Below the pieces are notes generated by a model, which worked only from the letters and a program-made list of their open reading frames with translations, had not been told where the DNA came from and ran no database searches. The translations under genes and the position numbers were made by a program. Positions 51,173-61,718 of a stretch of DNA of 64,000 bases are shown here, one piece after another (positions within the stretch are counted from its first letter, which is position 1; each line of letters starts with the position of its first letter). Source of the stretch: Guillardia theta CCMP2712 (taxonomy: Eukaryota > Protista > Cryptophyta). The DNA is taken from contig NW_005434586.1 of assembly GCF_000315625.1 (NCBI RefSeq), forward strand, positions 119,109-183,108. Reading direction: 5' to 3'.

Positions 51173-53704
51173 CTATCTCTTCATGTATATCAGACCTTGT
51201 AACATATTCAAACTGTTTCCATCCGGATGAAGCTCGATCACATTGCCCTGAACAACACGAGGAGGAAGGAGAGGAACGCGGGGACAGGGAGGGAGAGACG
51301 AAAGACCGGAGAGAGGGAGAGAAGGAGAAGGTAGGTGGGGGGCGAACGGAAAGAGAGCGAAGGAGGGGGAAACGAGAGGGAAGAGAGGAGGGAGAGAAGG
51401 AGGGAGAGGGAGTAGGTCATCTTGCAGGCGCTGCAGACGAGGAGGAGACTCACCTTGTCATCCACAGCACTCAAGAAGCCGGAGGGCGAGATGCTTCGAG
51501 AGCAAGTCACACAGCAGCTGCTGGAGGGAGGAGGAGCAGGGAGGTGGAGGAACAGGCAGAGGAATGAGAGGGGAGACAGAAGGGAGGCAGGAGGAGGAGG
51601 AGGAGGAGGGAGGAGAGGAAGAAGGCGAAGAGGAGGAGAGAGAAGAGGAACAAGGAGAGACAAGAAGTGATTAGGGAGGGAGGGAGGAGCTGTGAGGTAA
51701 GCGGGACACACCCGACGATCTCAACAGTGATCGGCGTCTCACTTTTATCCTCAACCTGCACCTGCAGCTTCGTCAAGACCCTCGAAGTTTCAATTCCTTT
51801 GTTGCGAACAAGGAGGAGAGCAGGAGGAAGGGAGGAGTGAAGGAGGAGAAGGAGGAAGGAGGGAGGGAGGAGGAAGGAGGAGGAAGGGAATGAAGGAGAA
51901 GGAGAAGAACAGGTTGGCAGGGAGGAGGAGGAGGAGGAAGGAGTGAGGGAGGCTGAGGAGGAGGAGAACAGGTTGGCAGGAAGAGGCGAGCAGGAGGAGG
52001 GCAGGAGAAAGAGAATGAGGAGGAGGAGGAGGAGGTATCGTGGGCGGACATCATCGGCCTACCTGCACTCTCTGCCCGCTGTGCATCCATGCATGAAGGT
52101 ACAAGTCTTTGAGGCCTCTGAAGCCCTGGGAGGAAAACTCCTCCTCCAGTTGCTGATGCGATCGAGTGAGGGCAGGAGGGAGAAGAGGGGGGCTCAACCT
52201 CGAAGTGATTGCAGAAGGCGGCGAGGAGAAGCTCGCGGGAGACTCTTTGAGCGTTGACCTTGAGAGACGACTGGTCGACGAGGTCACGGACACACCTGCA
52301 GTCCGAGTCAGCACGCGCAGGAGAAGGAGGAGGAGGAGGAGGAGGAGGTGGTGGTGGTGGTGGATTTGTATCACGTGGTCGGCTCAGAGTTGAGGGTGTT
52401 GACTCCGACGCCAGCAACAACCCGGTAGGAGTGCCCGCTGAGCTTTTTGTGCTGCATTTCGTCAACGTCGTCAATTCATCGCAAGCGATTGCAGAACCCG
52501 CGGTGGAGGCAGCAGGGAGGAGAAAGAGGAGAAAGACTTCTTAAAGGAGGAGAAGCAGGACAAGGAGGGTAACGAAGGCGGGAGAGGAGGAGGAGAGGTA
52601 CCACCTGAGGGGAGGAGACGGTCGACTGGCATAAAACGCCTCCGATCTTCTGTGATTTTGATCCGTAAATGTCATTGGGCCATTTCAGCTGTGAACAACC
52701 AATCAGAGCACAAGAAACTATTCCGAACCAACAATAGGGCAATAAAACTACGACGTCAACCTTTATCCTCCCCTCCCCTCCCCTCCCCTCTTCCCCCCTC
52801 CCCTTCTCCTCTCCTCTCCTCTCCTCTCCTCTCCTCTCCTCTCCTCTCCTCTCCTCTCCTCTCCCCTCCTCCACTTCAGCTCACCTGAACCCCGAATGCC
52901 TTAGCGTCACCCCGCCGACCTCGGAGATCGCCTGGTACATGGCGATCGAGACGACATACTGAAAGAAGGGCAGGAGCCTTGCCTCCTCCAGCCCCGTGCT
53001 GAAGGAGAAGCACAGGCAGCCCTTAGGAGAAGTCCAGCGGTTCTCTCCTCGACCCCTGCCGGAAGTCTGGACATCGGAGACGCACAAGATCCCTTCAGCC
53101 TCGCTCTTGAGCCGCGTCATCATCAGCTCCTGGGTCGACGACAAGCTGTGGTTGTAGATGACCACGTTGCCAAGTCGCCTCGTGGTCAGGTGGGAGAAGA
53201 ATTTGTCCATGTCAAAGTCTCTTCTGCCCTCACTCTCGCCGCTGGTGTCGAGCAGCATCCTGTCGCTGTCATGCAGCTGGTTCAGCAGGACGTTCCTGTC
53301 GGCCTCCCTGCGGAAGAACACGCGGAGCCTCTCGTCGCCTCCTCCTCCTGACATGGCCGCGGTGGTCAAGTTCCGCCTGCTCCTCAGGGTCAGCGCCCCT
53401 AGCAGTGAGCGCTGAACTCCTCGAAGTGCCAGGGAAGGGAAGGAGGAGATGCTCCTGCTCCAGGTCCTGATGTGCTTGAAACCAGCCTGACGGAAGCTCA
53501 GTACCCCAAGCACAGAGCAAGGAAGCTTACCTTGATGTTCAACAGCCTGCACATTGCAGTCCTGCACTGAGTTCCACCCGCCAAGGAAGAAGCATTGCAG
53601 ACGTTGGAGTTGTTGGCGAACGCCGAGGCATGAACGAGGAGCTGATTTGAAAGAAGACACGCAGTTATCAACCAGGAGCACAGGTGCCGACGACCACAAG
53701 TCAT
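51173..53704 (-). CDS. Biotin-protein ligase (BirA/holocarboxylase synthetase) with a bipartite plastid-targeting leader
   Basis: SSTQ, QTSGRGRGENRWTSPKGCLCFS, LKWPNDIY, KIGGVL and C-terminal ELHPDGNSLNMLQGLI. The first exon MTCGRRHLCSWLITACLLSNQLLVHASAFAN is spliced at GTAAG 53530. Confidence 0.9.
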
Positions 53705-53919
53705 GCACGTATCAATCACAAAAACTCCAGCTCTGTACAAAAATCGTCATCATATGCCTGCCTCCTTTTGTTTCTATACCGATATCTGACTGCCATCCTT
53801 CTCGCAATTGATTTCCTACCCATCTCTCGCCATTTTACCTGACCTGACCTGACCTGCCGACTGCCTCCTACAAACTCTAGATAGCTATCGTTCAGTCTCT
53901 TGTTCCTCCTTTCTCTTGT

Positions 53920-53984
53920 TCCTCCTCCTCCTCCTCCTCCTCCTCCTCCTCCTCCTCCTCCTCCTCCTCCTCCTCCTCCTCCTC
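53920..53984 (+). repeat. (CCT)n microsatellite
   Basis: Direct tandem run. Confidence 0.95.
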
Positions 53985-54128
53985 AACGCTCTCCCTAGTA
54001 CCCTACGGAACCACCATTAGCAAATTCATCCCCAGAAAATTGATGCGGGGACATGGTGGGGATGAGGGCTACCTCGTCTCCAAAAAATTTCCCGCGCCCC
54101 CGCCCCTCCTGAGTCTGTTTCAGCCGAC

Positions 54129-55124
54129 ATGGCCGACGCGTCCTCCGACAATGGTGGCAGGACGACACCCAGCACAGCAGCGACTCCTTGCGACCTCGAA
54201 GGCGAGAGCCTGTCATGCAGGAAAACAGCGAAACGACCTCTGCCTGATGATGCCGCGGGAGCTGAAGGAGAGGAGCATCGAAATGGTTTTGATGACGATG
54301 AGAATGGTGGAAAGGCAGGCCAGGACACCTCAGCAGCAGTGGAGGTTCCCGAGAAGAGCATGGAGGAGTTGAAGCGGATGTTCTTTACCGTCGATGATGT
54401 CATCAGTGAGTACGACTCTGCAGAGTCCGTGACGAGTCTGCCTGCAGACGATGACAACTGGGACCGAGTCACCGACGGCTTTCGTCTTGTACATTTGCTG
54501 GTTGATCCTCCCTGCAGGCTTGCTGAGTTCTTTGAAAACACTAGCAAGCAGATCTACTCTCGAAGTGCTGCGGCAATGCTTGGATGTAGATCAGAGCACT
54601 GCGAAGAAGCGTTCAGCATGTTCAGAGACGTGGCCTGGAAGCCAAGTCTTCTCATCAAAGACGATTTCTTGGACGACCTCAATGCGACTCCTTCGGTAGC
54701 CAACCAGAGAGTGACGTTGGAGATGTTGAGGAGCAGGCTCGTAGAGTTCAAGGCTCTTGTCAGCGATGTAGACATGGAGAACAGGGGCTCGTTAAAGGAC
54801 CAGCTATGGGAGCGCTGCATGATCCATCGCAAGCCGCCGCGCCCGGATGTCTACTACTTTCTTAGGCTGGTGGATGCGGAGAAGATCCCCAACAGCGTGA
54901 TCGACGTCATGTGCGCCCCCTGGTGTGAGACAGAGCAGAAGGAGGTGGAAGATGATGAGGCAGCTACTAGCATTTACGTCCCGCCCTTGAGGACCAAGTG
55001 CAAGAAGCAGAAAACGGGCAAGCAAGACTCGTCTGCACAATTGGCAGATGAGAAGTTGGAGTACCTCCTACAGAGGGCAGAGAATGTCGTCCTGGGATTC
55101 CTCGATTTCATGAAGAATCTGTGA
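54129..55124 (+). CDS. Intronless hypothetical protein (331 aa)
   Basis: Uninterrupted ATG-TGA ORF with normal composition. No family recognised. Confidence 0.65.
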   Translation: MADASSDNGGRTTPSTAATPCDLEGESLSCRKTAKRPLPDDAAGAEGEEHRNGFDDDENGGKAGQDTSAAVEVPEKSMEELKRMFFTVDDVISEYDSAESVTSLPADDDNWDRVTDGFRLVHLLVDPPCRLAEFFENTSKQIYSRSAAAMLGCRSEHCEEAFSMFRDVAWKPSLLIKDDFLDDLNATPSVANQRVTLEMLRSRLVEFKALVSDVDMENRGSLKDQLWERCMIHRKPPRPDVYYFLRLVDAEKIPNSVIDVMCAPWCETEQKEVEDDEAATSIYVPPLRTKCKKQKTGKQDSSAQLADEKLEYLLQRAENVVLGFLDFMKNL

Positions 55125-55169
55125 GGTCGGCGACGAATGAACATTTACACTAGTTGATACCTATTCCCT

Positions 55170-56125
55170 TCATCTCCTCTCACACTTCAATTGGCTGTAA
55201 ACCTTCGCATGCTTGCTCACATCCGACTTGACACATTTCAGAGCAAACGCACCAATTTCTATGACTAGACACTTCGGCCACCCTGCTCCTGTGATCCTGC
55301 CACCTGCTCCTCTTGAACGTCTGAGATCTTCCTCAGGTGAGAACTCTCGTTGAAAATCATCATCTGAGAAAGTCAGGGGAGGAAAAGAATCCCTCAAGTT
55401 TACCTTGAAGTCGTAGGAGTCTTGCTTCTTGAGTACAGCATGGAAGACAGTCAGGGAGCAGTTCTTGAGGATATTGCCTGCCAACAGCATGTCATGCCGC
55501 AGAAGAGCACATGTCCCGAGAACAAACCTATTGGACGATGAGGAAACAAAGAATTCACCAACTCCTTGATGAAACCACCGTGTGTGACAAGGAGTAAACC
55601 GTAGCTCCTCTTCTCCTTGTTGTCTTGCGAGCCCGGCTCCTGCTTGTACTTCTGATGTAGCGAGGAAGTCGAACATAAGGATAGCACTTCCTTCATGAAA
55701 CCCCTCGCGCGCTGCGCGACATCATTCCAGGATTCCCCTCCTGGCGGTCGGAAGCATCGCAGGGGAACTCCGGCGGCCTTGGCCATGCGCTCTGAGATCC
55801 CCAGCTTCTTCCCCTCCAGCGATCCAGCATGCTTCTCCCTCAGCCGAGGCTCGAGGACAGTCGGCAGCTCCTTGCCCAGCTCCTGCCTGATCAGCTCGAG
55901 AGTCTGCGTCGTCCTCCTCAGGTCGGAGCAGAAGATGAAGTCGATCGGCTCGTCCCGCAGTCGCTCCCCCAGGCACTTGGCCTGCACCTTCCCCAGCTCG
56001 CTGAGCTCCCCAGCATTGTGCCCGGCTGCTATGCGCAGCTTGTTGTCCTCGGTCTCGCCGTGTCTGACTATGTACACTCGAACGATAGGATGACTGCTCC
56101 TTTCCTCGCATGAGAGTCCATGCAT
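55170..56125 (-). CDS. Histidine phosphatase of the PGAM family, TIGAR/fructose-2,6-bisphosphatase-like
   Basis: VYIVRHGET, CSDLRRT, LREKHAG, PPGGESW, VTHGGFI and NCSLTVF after one intron (~55485-55528). Confidence 0.85.
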
Positions 56126-56213
56126 GTGTCGCCCTCACTGGAGGGGGGGAGAGAGAGGAGGGAAAGGAGGGAGGAGGGAGGAGGGAAGAGGAAGGAAAGG
56201 AGGGAGGAGGGAG

Positions 56214-56673
56214 NNNNNNNNNNNNNNNNNNNNNNNNNNNNNNNNNNNNNNNNNNNNNNNNNNNNNNNNNNNNNNNNNNNNNNNNNNNNNNNNNNNNNNN
56301 NNNNNNNNNNNNNNNNNNNNNNNNNNNNNNNNNNNNNNNNNNNNNNNNNNNNNNNNNNNNNNNNNNNNNNNNNNNNNNNNNNNNNNNNNNNNNNNNNNNN
56401 NNNNNNNNNNNNNNNNNNNNNNNNNNNNNNNNNNNNNNNNNNNNNNNNNNNNNNNNNNNNNNNNNNNNNNNNNNNNNNNNNNNNNNNNNNNNNNNNNNNN
56501 NNNNNNNNNNNNNNNNNNNNNNNNNNNNNNNNNNNNNNNNNNNNNNNNNNNNNNNNNNNNNNNNNNNNNNNNNNNNNNNNNNNNNNNNNNNNNNNNNNNN
56601 NNNNNNNNNNNNNNNNNNNNNNNNNNNNNNNNNNNNNNNNNNNNNNNNNNNNNNNNNNNNNNNNNNNNNNNNN
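56214..56673. other. Assembly gap (460 N) within a GGAG-rich tract
   Basis: N run. Confidence 1.
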
Positions 56674-56796
56674 GGGAGGAGGGAGGAGGGAGGAGGGAGG
56701 AGAGAGGAGGGAGGAGGGAGAGTAGATGGAACTTGCACAGTGAATTGATTGAATGTAGTTGTTTTTTTGCGTGTAAAAGGTTCCCGGCAGGCCGTC

Positions 56797-59240
56797 ATGT
56801 CATGGCTGAAGGGAATATCGGGGGCGATCAAAGCAGCTGTCTCCTCTTCTTCTTCTTCCTCCTCCTCCTCCTCTAACACCACCTCGTCGAAGAGCAAGGC
56901 TGAGCTGTTACGCGACCATGTCGTCTACCTTCGCTCCTTCTCGGAGACCACCCAGCAAGATCGGGCGAGCGATTGGGATAAGCTGTTGATATCCTACAGG
57001 TTCGCTGCTCCTGCTCAGCTTCCATCTGCCTTGTCCTGATATTGACCGTCGTTCCTTTTGCAGGATACCAGAGGAGCTGGACTCTGTCCTGCAGCTGCTA
57101 GAGGACGAGAACCCCTCTACTGAGAGCATACACCAGGGGTCCTGTATGATGTGCTTCCTTGAAGAGAATGTGATGGAGCTTCTGAACGATCTCCTGTCGC
57201 TCAAGAACTCAGTGGGAGTCCAGGTGATATCGTGTTGCTGCTCGCATGTTTGCTCTGAAACTGGACATGTAGAAGACAGTGATCAAGACGGTCATCCGCG
57301 CGCTCCGTCTGAGATATGAACTGGTGACCTGACTCTGTCCATGCACTTCAGCGCCGCCTGACGTTGTTGACAGTTGGACAACGGGAGCATCGCACGGCTG
57401 GTGATGCATATGGCGCAGGAGCTTGAGTACAGCCCTCAGAGACAGGCCTTTGCTCTGGTACACTGCGAGTTGCTCTACACTCTCTGCGACAAGGTTTATC
57501 GGAACCCCGCCTCCCTCCTCCCTGTGGTGATCAACGAGAACGTGAACACGGGCGGATTGGGATGCGAGTTCTTGCTCTTGAACTGGTCTATCCAGCACCT
57601 TCAAGACGCAGCAGGAGGGGAGTATGCGCAGAGGGGGATCCTAGCGCTGCTGTCTATCCCTGACCACCGGGTCACCAACGCGGTTGTCAACCATTCTGCG
57701 CTCATTGAGAGGGCGGTGAGGATGGTGGACATGGGATTCCAGTCAGCCATGAAGACGATCGACTCGCTGGCTCCTGGGTCGATGGATGAGGTCGGGTCGA
57801 GGAGGAAGCGCCCGGACCCAACGCCCTTCTATGCTTCACTTCGTTTCGTGGACCATGTTGTCAAGGTGGCAGACATCCAGGTGGCCAACAGGCTGCTCGA
57901 CATTCTCGATGCCAACTTCCTGCGTCAGACGATGCAGCAGAGGCTGATCAAGGGATCCGAGGTGCAGCATGTCGGGGTCATGGAGCTGCTCCGTGGACTG
58001 TTCGAGCCGGATCCCATGTGGATCAAGCAGGGAAGGTATGGGAGGAGACTGCAGCAGCCCCAGCTGATCGGGATGATCGCTCACTCGATCCTTGATGTCT
58101 CCTCTCCTCGAAGACTCTCCAGCAGTGCAGATGCGGAGAATGCGAACCTGCGGGCGGCAGAGGCCGAGGCACGTTCGAGCCCCTGCTCGCTGCTGCAAGT
58201 CCTCGTCGACAGGATAGACTCGATGAACGAGGAGGAGAGCTGCGCTGCCTTGGAGCTTCTTCTGTCCTTGTTGGAGCTCAACGACTTTTGGGTCGTCGAT
58301 GCTCTAACTCAGATATCAAGGGACAAAGCTTGCAGAGCCTGCATCGGCGTCCTGAGATCAGATGCGTTTCAATCCAGCACGAGGAAGTTCCTTGACTTTC
58401 TTGAGACCCTGCAGCAAGATTTTGACAAGGTCGATGAAGCAAACACGCCAAATGCCAACGAGACGAGTCAAGAGGACGCATACAGGAAAGACTCGATCAA
58501 GCTGGTCAGCAGTTGCTTCCAATCTTGCGGGGAGTGGGAAACAGAAGCGATCCTTGCTCAGAGTCCTCCCTCTCAAGTCGAAGAGCAGCAGACTTCTGTT
58601 TTCATCTCAGCTGTGCTGGCAAAGCTCTCGACGTTCTTCACGAACTCATGGAGGGTGAATCTCGCGCTGTCTGGCATTGTCAGCCGTCTACTTGCCCTGC
58701 CCAGCTTTCAACTTCAGTCAACTCTGATTGGCGGGGAGGGACAAGATGGAGGCGACATAGACCTGACCAACGTGCTGGAGAAGCTCAACAATGTAAGTAG
58801 AGGCCCGCAACAGACGAGCGAGGGAGTGAGCGATTGTGGCAGGAAGCAAAAGTCAAATTAGCTCCAATTGAGAATGTGGAAGAGAAAGTCTCGAAGGTCA
58901 TACTTTGAAGTTTTCTGCTGCCTCTTCTTTGAACCTGCTTTGCACAGAAATGGGCGGAACTAGGAAGGGGATATCATTCTCACGATCTCAATTCTTCAGA
59001 CGCAGAAGAAAATCGTGACAACAACTTTTTCAGGTAAGTGTTTGATGAACGCGTCACGTCTTCTAATGTGCGCATTCGATTGCAGTCTATTCATTTTGAT
59101 GCGAGAAATGCGGGTTGAATTCAAGACAGTGTTGGAAGCAAAGCTGATCTGCTCGAAGGTGAGATTAATGTTTCCCTTTATTCAATACAAGTTTGTTCTT
59201 TGTGTAACAATTCAAACAATTTTTACAGGCACTCAGGTGA
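56797..59240 (+). CDS. FHIP/FAM160 (RAI16-like) FTS-Hook-interacting protein
   Basis: GSCMMCFLEENVMELL, FISAVLAKLSTFFTNSWRVNLALSGIVSRLLALP and C-terminal FILMREMRVEFKTVL resemble FAM160 hallmarks. Confidence 0.7.
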
Positions 59241-59425
59241 ACAATACATGAGTACATTAAAGAAACACGCAACACATACATCGAGCTCAGTCATTTCTGC
59301 TTCCTCCTCGACATTCACGCCTCTGTACAACTCAACCTACGTCAAACCTACAAGGAAAAAAGCGCACACTGCAATTACAACGAAGGGCACACTGCAACCG
59401 AAGAAGCTGTAAAGCCTTGAAACAG

Positions 59426-59899
59426 TCACTCGATGTCTTTCAGCTCAGGGAACAGACTCCGATCTTCACTCTCCGTCCTTGTTGCATTGTCCTTGACGCT
59501 GGCGCTCGGGACTGTTTCGTTGGAATCAAATTTACCCATCATGTGGTCAATAACTTCAGTGTAAATAATGTCGGAGAATGACAGATAAATGTCTTCATCG
59601 TGTTCTTCAGGACTTTCATCAGGATTGTTGCTCGGGGTCTCGCTGGTCTGTGAATCTTCCTGACTTGCAGCTTCACCCTCATGCTTCCTGAAGTACTTCC
59701 TTGTGTAGGGCCACCTTCGAAGCCCTAACTTCCTGCACGCACTTTTCAAGCATGTCAAGGAGATGCCGATTTGCCTTGCTGCTTCACATTGAGGAATGTG
59801 GTAGTACTTTTCGATGAGCTCTTGATCCAAGAAGAGAGGGCCAGGTGTGACGTAGTAAGAATCCTTCTCCTTCTTTTGCCGAGGATAGACCACTGACAT
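59426..59899 (-). CDS. RWP-RK domain transcription factor (intronless)
   Basis: LIEKYYHIPQCEAARQIGISLTCLKSACRKLGLRRWPYTRK. Confidence 0.9.
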   Translation of the reverse strand: MSVVYPRQKKEKDSYYVTPGPLFLDQELIEKYYHIPQCEAARQIGISLTCLKSACRKLGLRRWPYTRKYFRKHEGEAASQEDSQTSETPSNNPDESPEEHDEDIYLSFSDIIYTEVIDHMMGKFDSNETVPSASVKDNATRTESEDRSLFPELKDIE

Positions 59900-59951
59900 C
59901 AGCCGTAGCACTAGACAAGAAGGGATAAGAACTAGTTGTAGCGTGCGTGAA

Positions 59952-60415
<464 letters not shown>

Positions 60416-61110
60416 CTTCGAGATAAGGAGGTTCAGGTGAAAGTGAAGCAGGCGAAAGCAGGAGGTAGTAGGAGCAAAAATAGCAGTATCTTAAAAGCCG
60501 TCCCTCTGGTGTCATCGTCGTTCACGTTCCTGCTGATGGTCACGGTACCAGGCGCAATGGAAAGCGTACAGGGGGTACAACCATGCAGGGATGGATTTGG
60601 GAGGGTGATCTCTGGGTTAAGTCAGGGGCTAGGGAGGGGTGACCTATCTAGGAAGGTTTGATTCTAGGGGGTGTAGGTGGCCGCGGATAGTGCTGACTCC
60701 CCTCGTGACTCCTCGGGCCATCATAGGGATTCTAAAAAGGGGTTGTACAGCAAAGCCCCTCCCCCTTGGCAGGCCTCAGAAGCGATCCGATCTGTCCCTG
60801 TGTATCTCTTGCTCCACCACCGGGTCCCTTCAAGTCCCCACCCCCTACTTGCTACCCTCTTCCAGTCGCAACAGTCACGCCCTGAATGATGCCCCCCGGT
60901 TGCTAGGGCAGGGTGCTAACGGAGTCCTAGCAAATGCGTAGGGATGCGGCTGGGAATGTGCGAAGCAGTCAATGATCGGATGATCAGCGTGTCAGCCCCC
61001 GCAGTTATCCGACGGTCCCTTCGATGATCATGCCAACTAAAGTGAAAGTTACAACCACAAATTCGACACTCCAAAGCGGCTGCGCTACCCGGTAGTGTGG
61101 ACCGTACTCT

Positions 61111-61601
61111 GTTAAGTTAAAAATCAGTACGTGGACAATCAGGAGAGTAGAGGCCGGAGGCTTGACCCTGACACTGTCGAGATACAACCCTCATCCTGCC
61201 GATTGCTGTCCCCCAAACTTTGTCGGAGAGACTTGACTGACAATACCCGGTTTACTGTATTGCGCGCCCCGGGCCCCGCCGGGTAGTACCAGTGCGGCCC
61301 GCCAGTCCCGGGGCGCCCGGGCGGCGGCGGGCGCCGCGGCCCAATCATCGCTGGGCCCGGAGTCGCCGCCGCTGGCCCGGTTGTGATCCACGGAGACGGT
61401 CGTCTTTCCGAGGCTAGTTATGACTCCATAAAAGTCTTACTCCATGCTGATTGATTTCTGATATAGAGTGAAGGTATCAGTCACTCAAGTTTGGGGGACA
61501 GCAGTTGGCAGGATTAGGTTTGGTTCTCGCTGTCTTTTCTCTTCTCGCCGTTTGGCCTGTGCGACAGTGTCAGTTGTCCTCGTACTGATTTTTAACTTAA
61601 C
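61111..61601. mobile_element. Non-autonomous foldback/MITE-like element with long imperfect terminal inverted repeats
   Basis: 61111-61138 GTTAAGTTAAAAATCAGTACGTGGACAA matches the reverse complement of 61574-61601 at 27/28. Further inverted blocks are CTGACACTGTCG and ATCCTGCC..TGCTGTCCCCCAAACTT. The core is GC-rich. Confidence 0.7.
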
Positions 61602-61718
61602 TTTGAGTAAAGGATTTACTCTATGAAAGAATCATAGTAGACCCTGATGGCTGCATGAACTTGAGTCACTGACTCGTACTTAGCACATCTTCGACGTTTG
61701 GCATCCTGCCAGAAGCTT

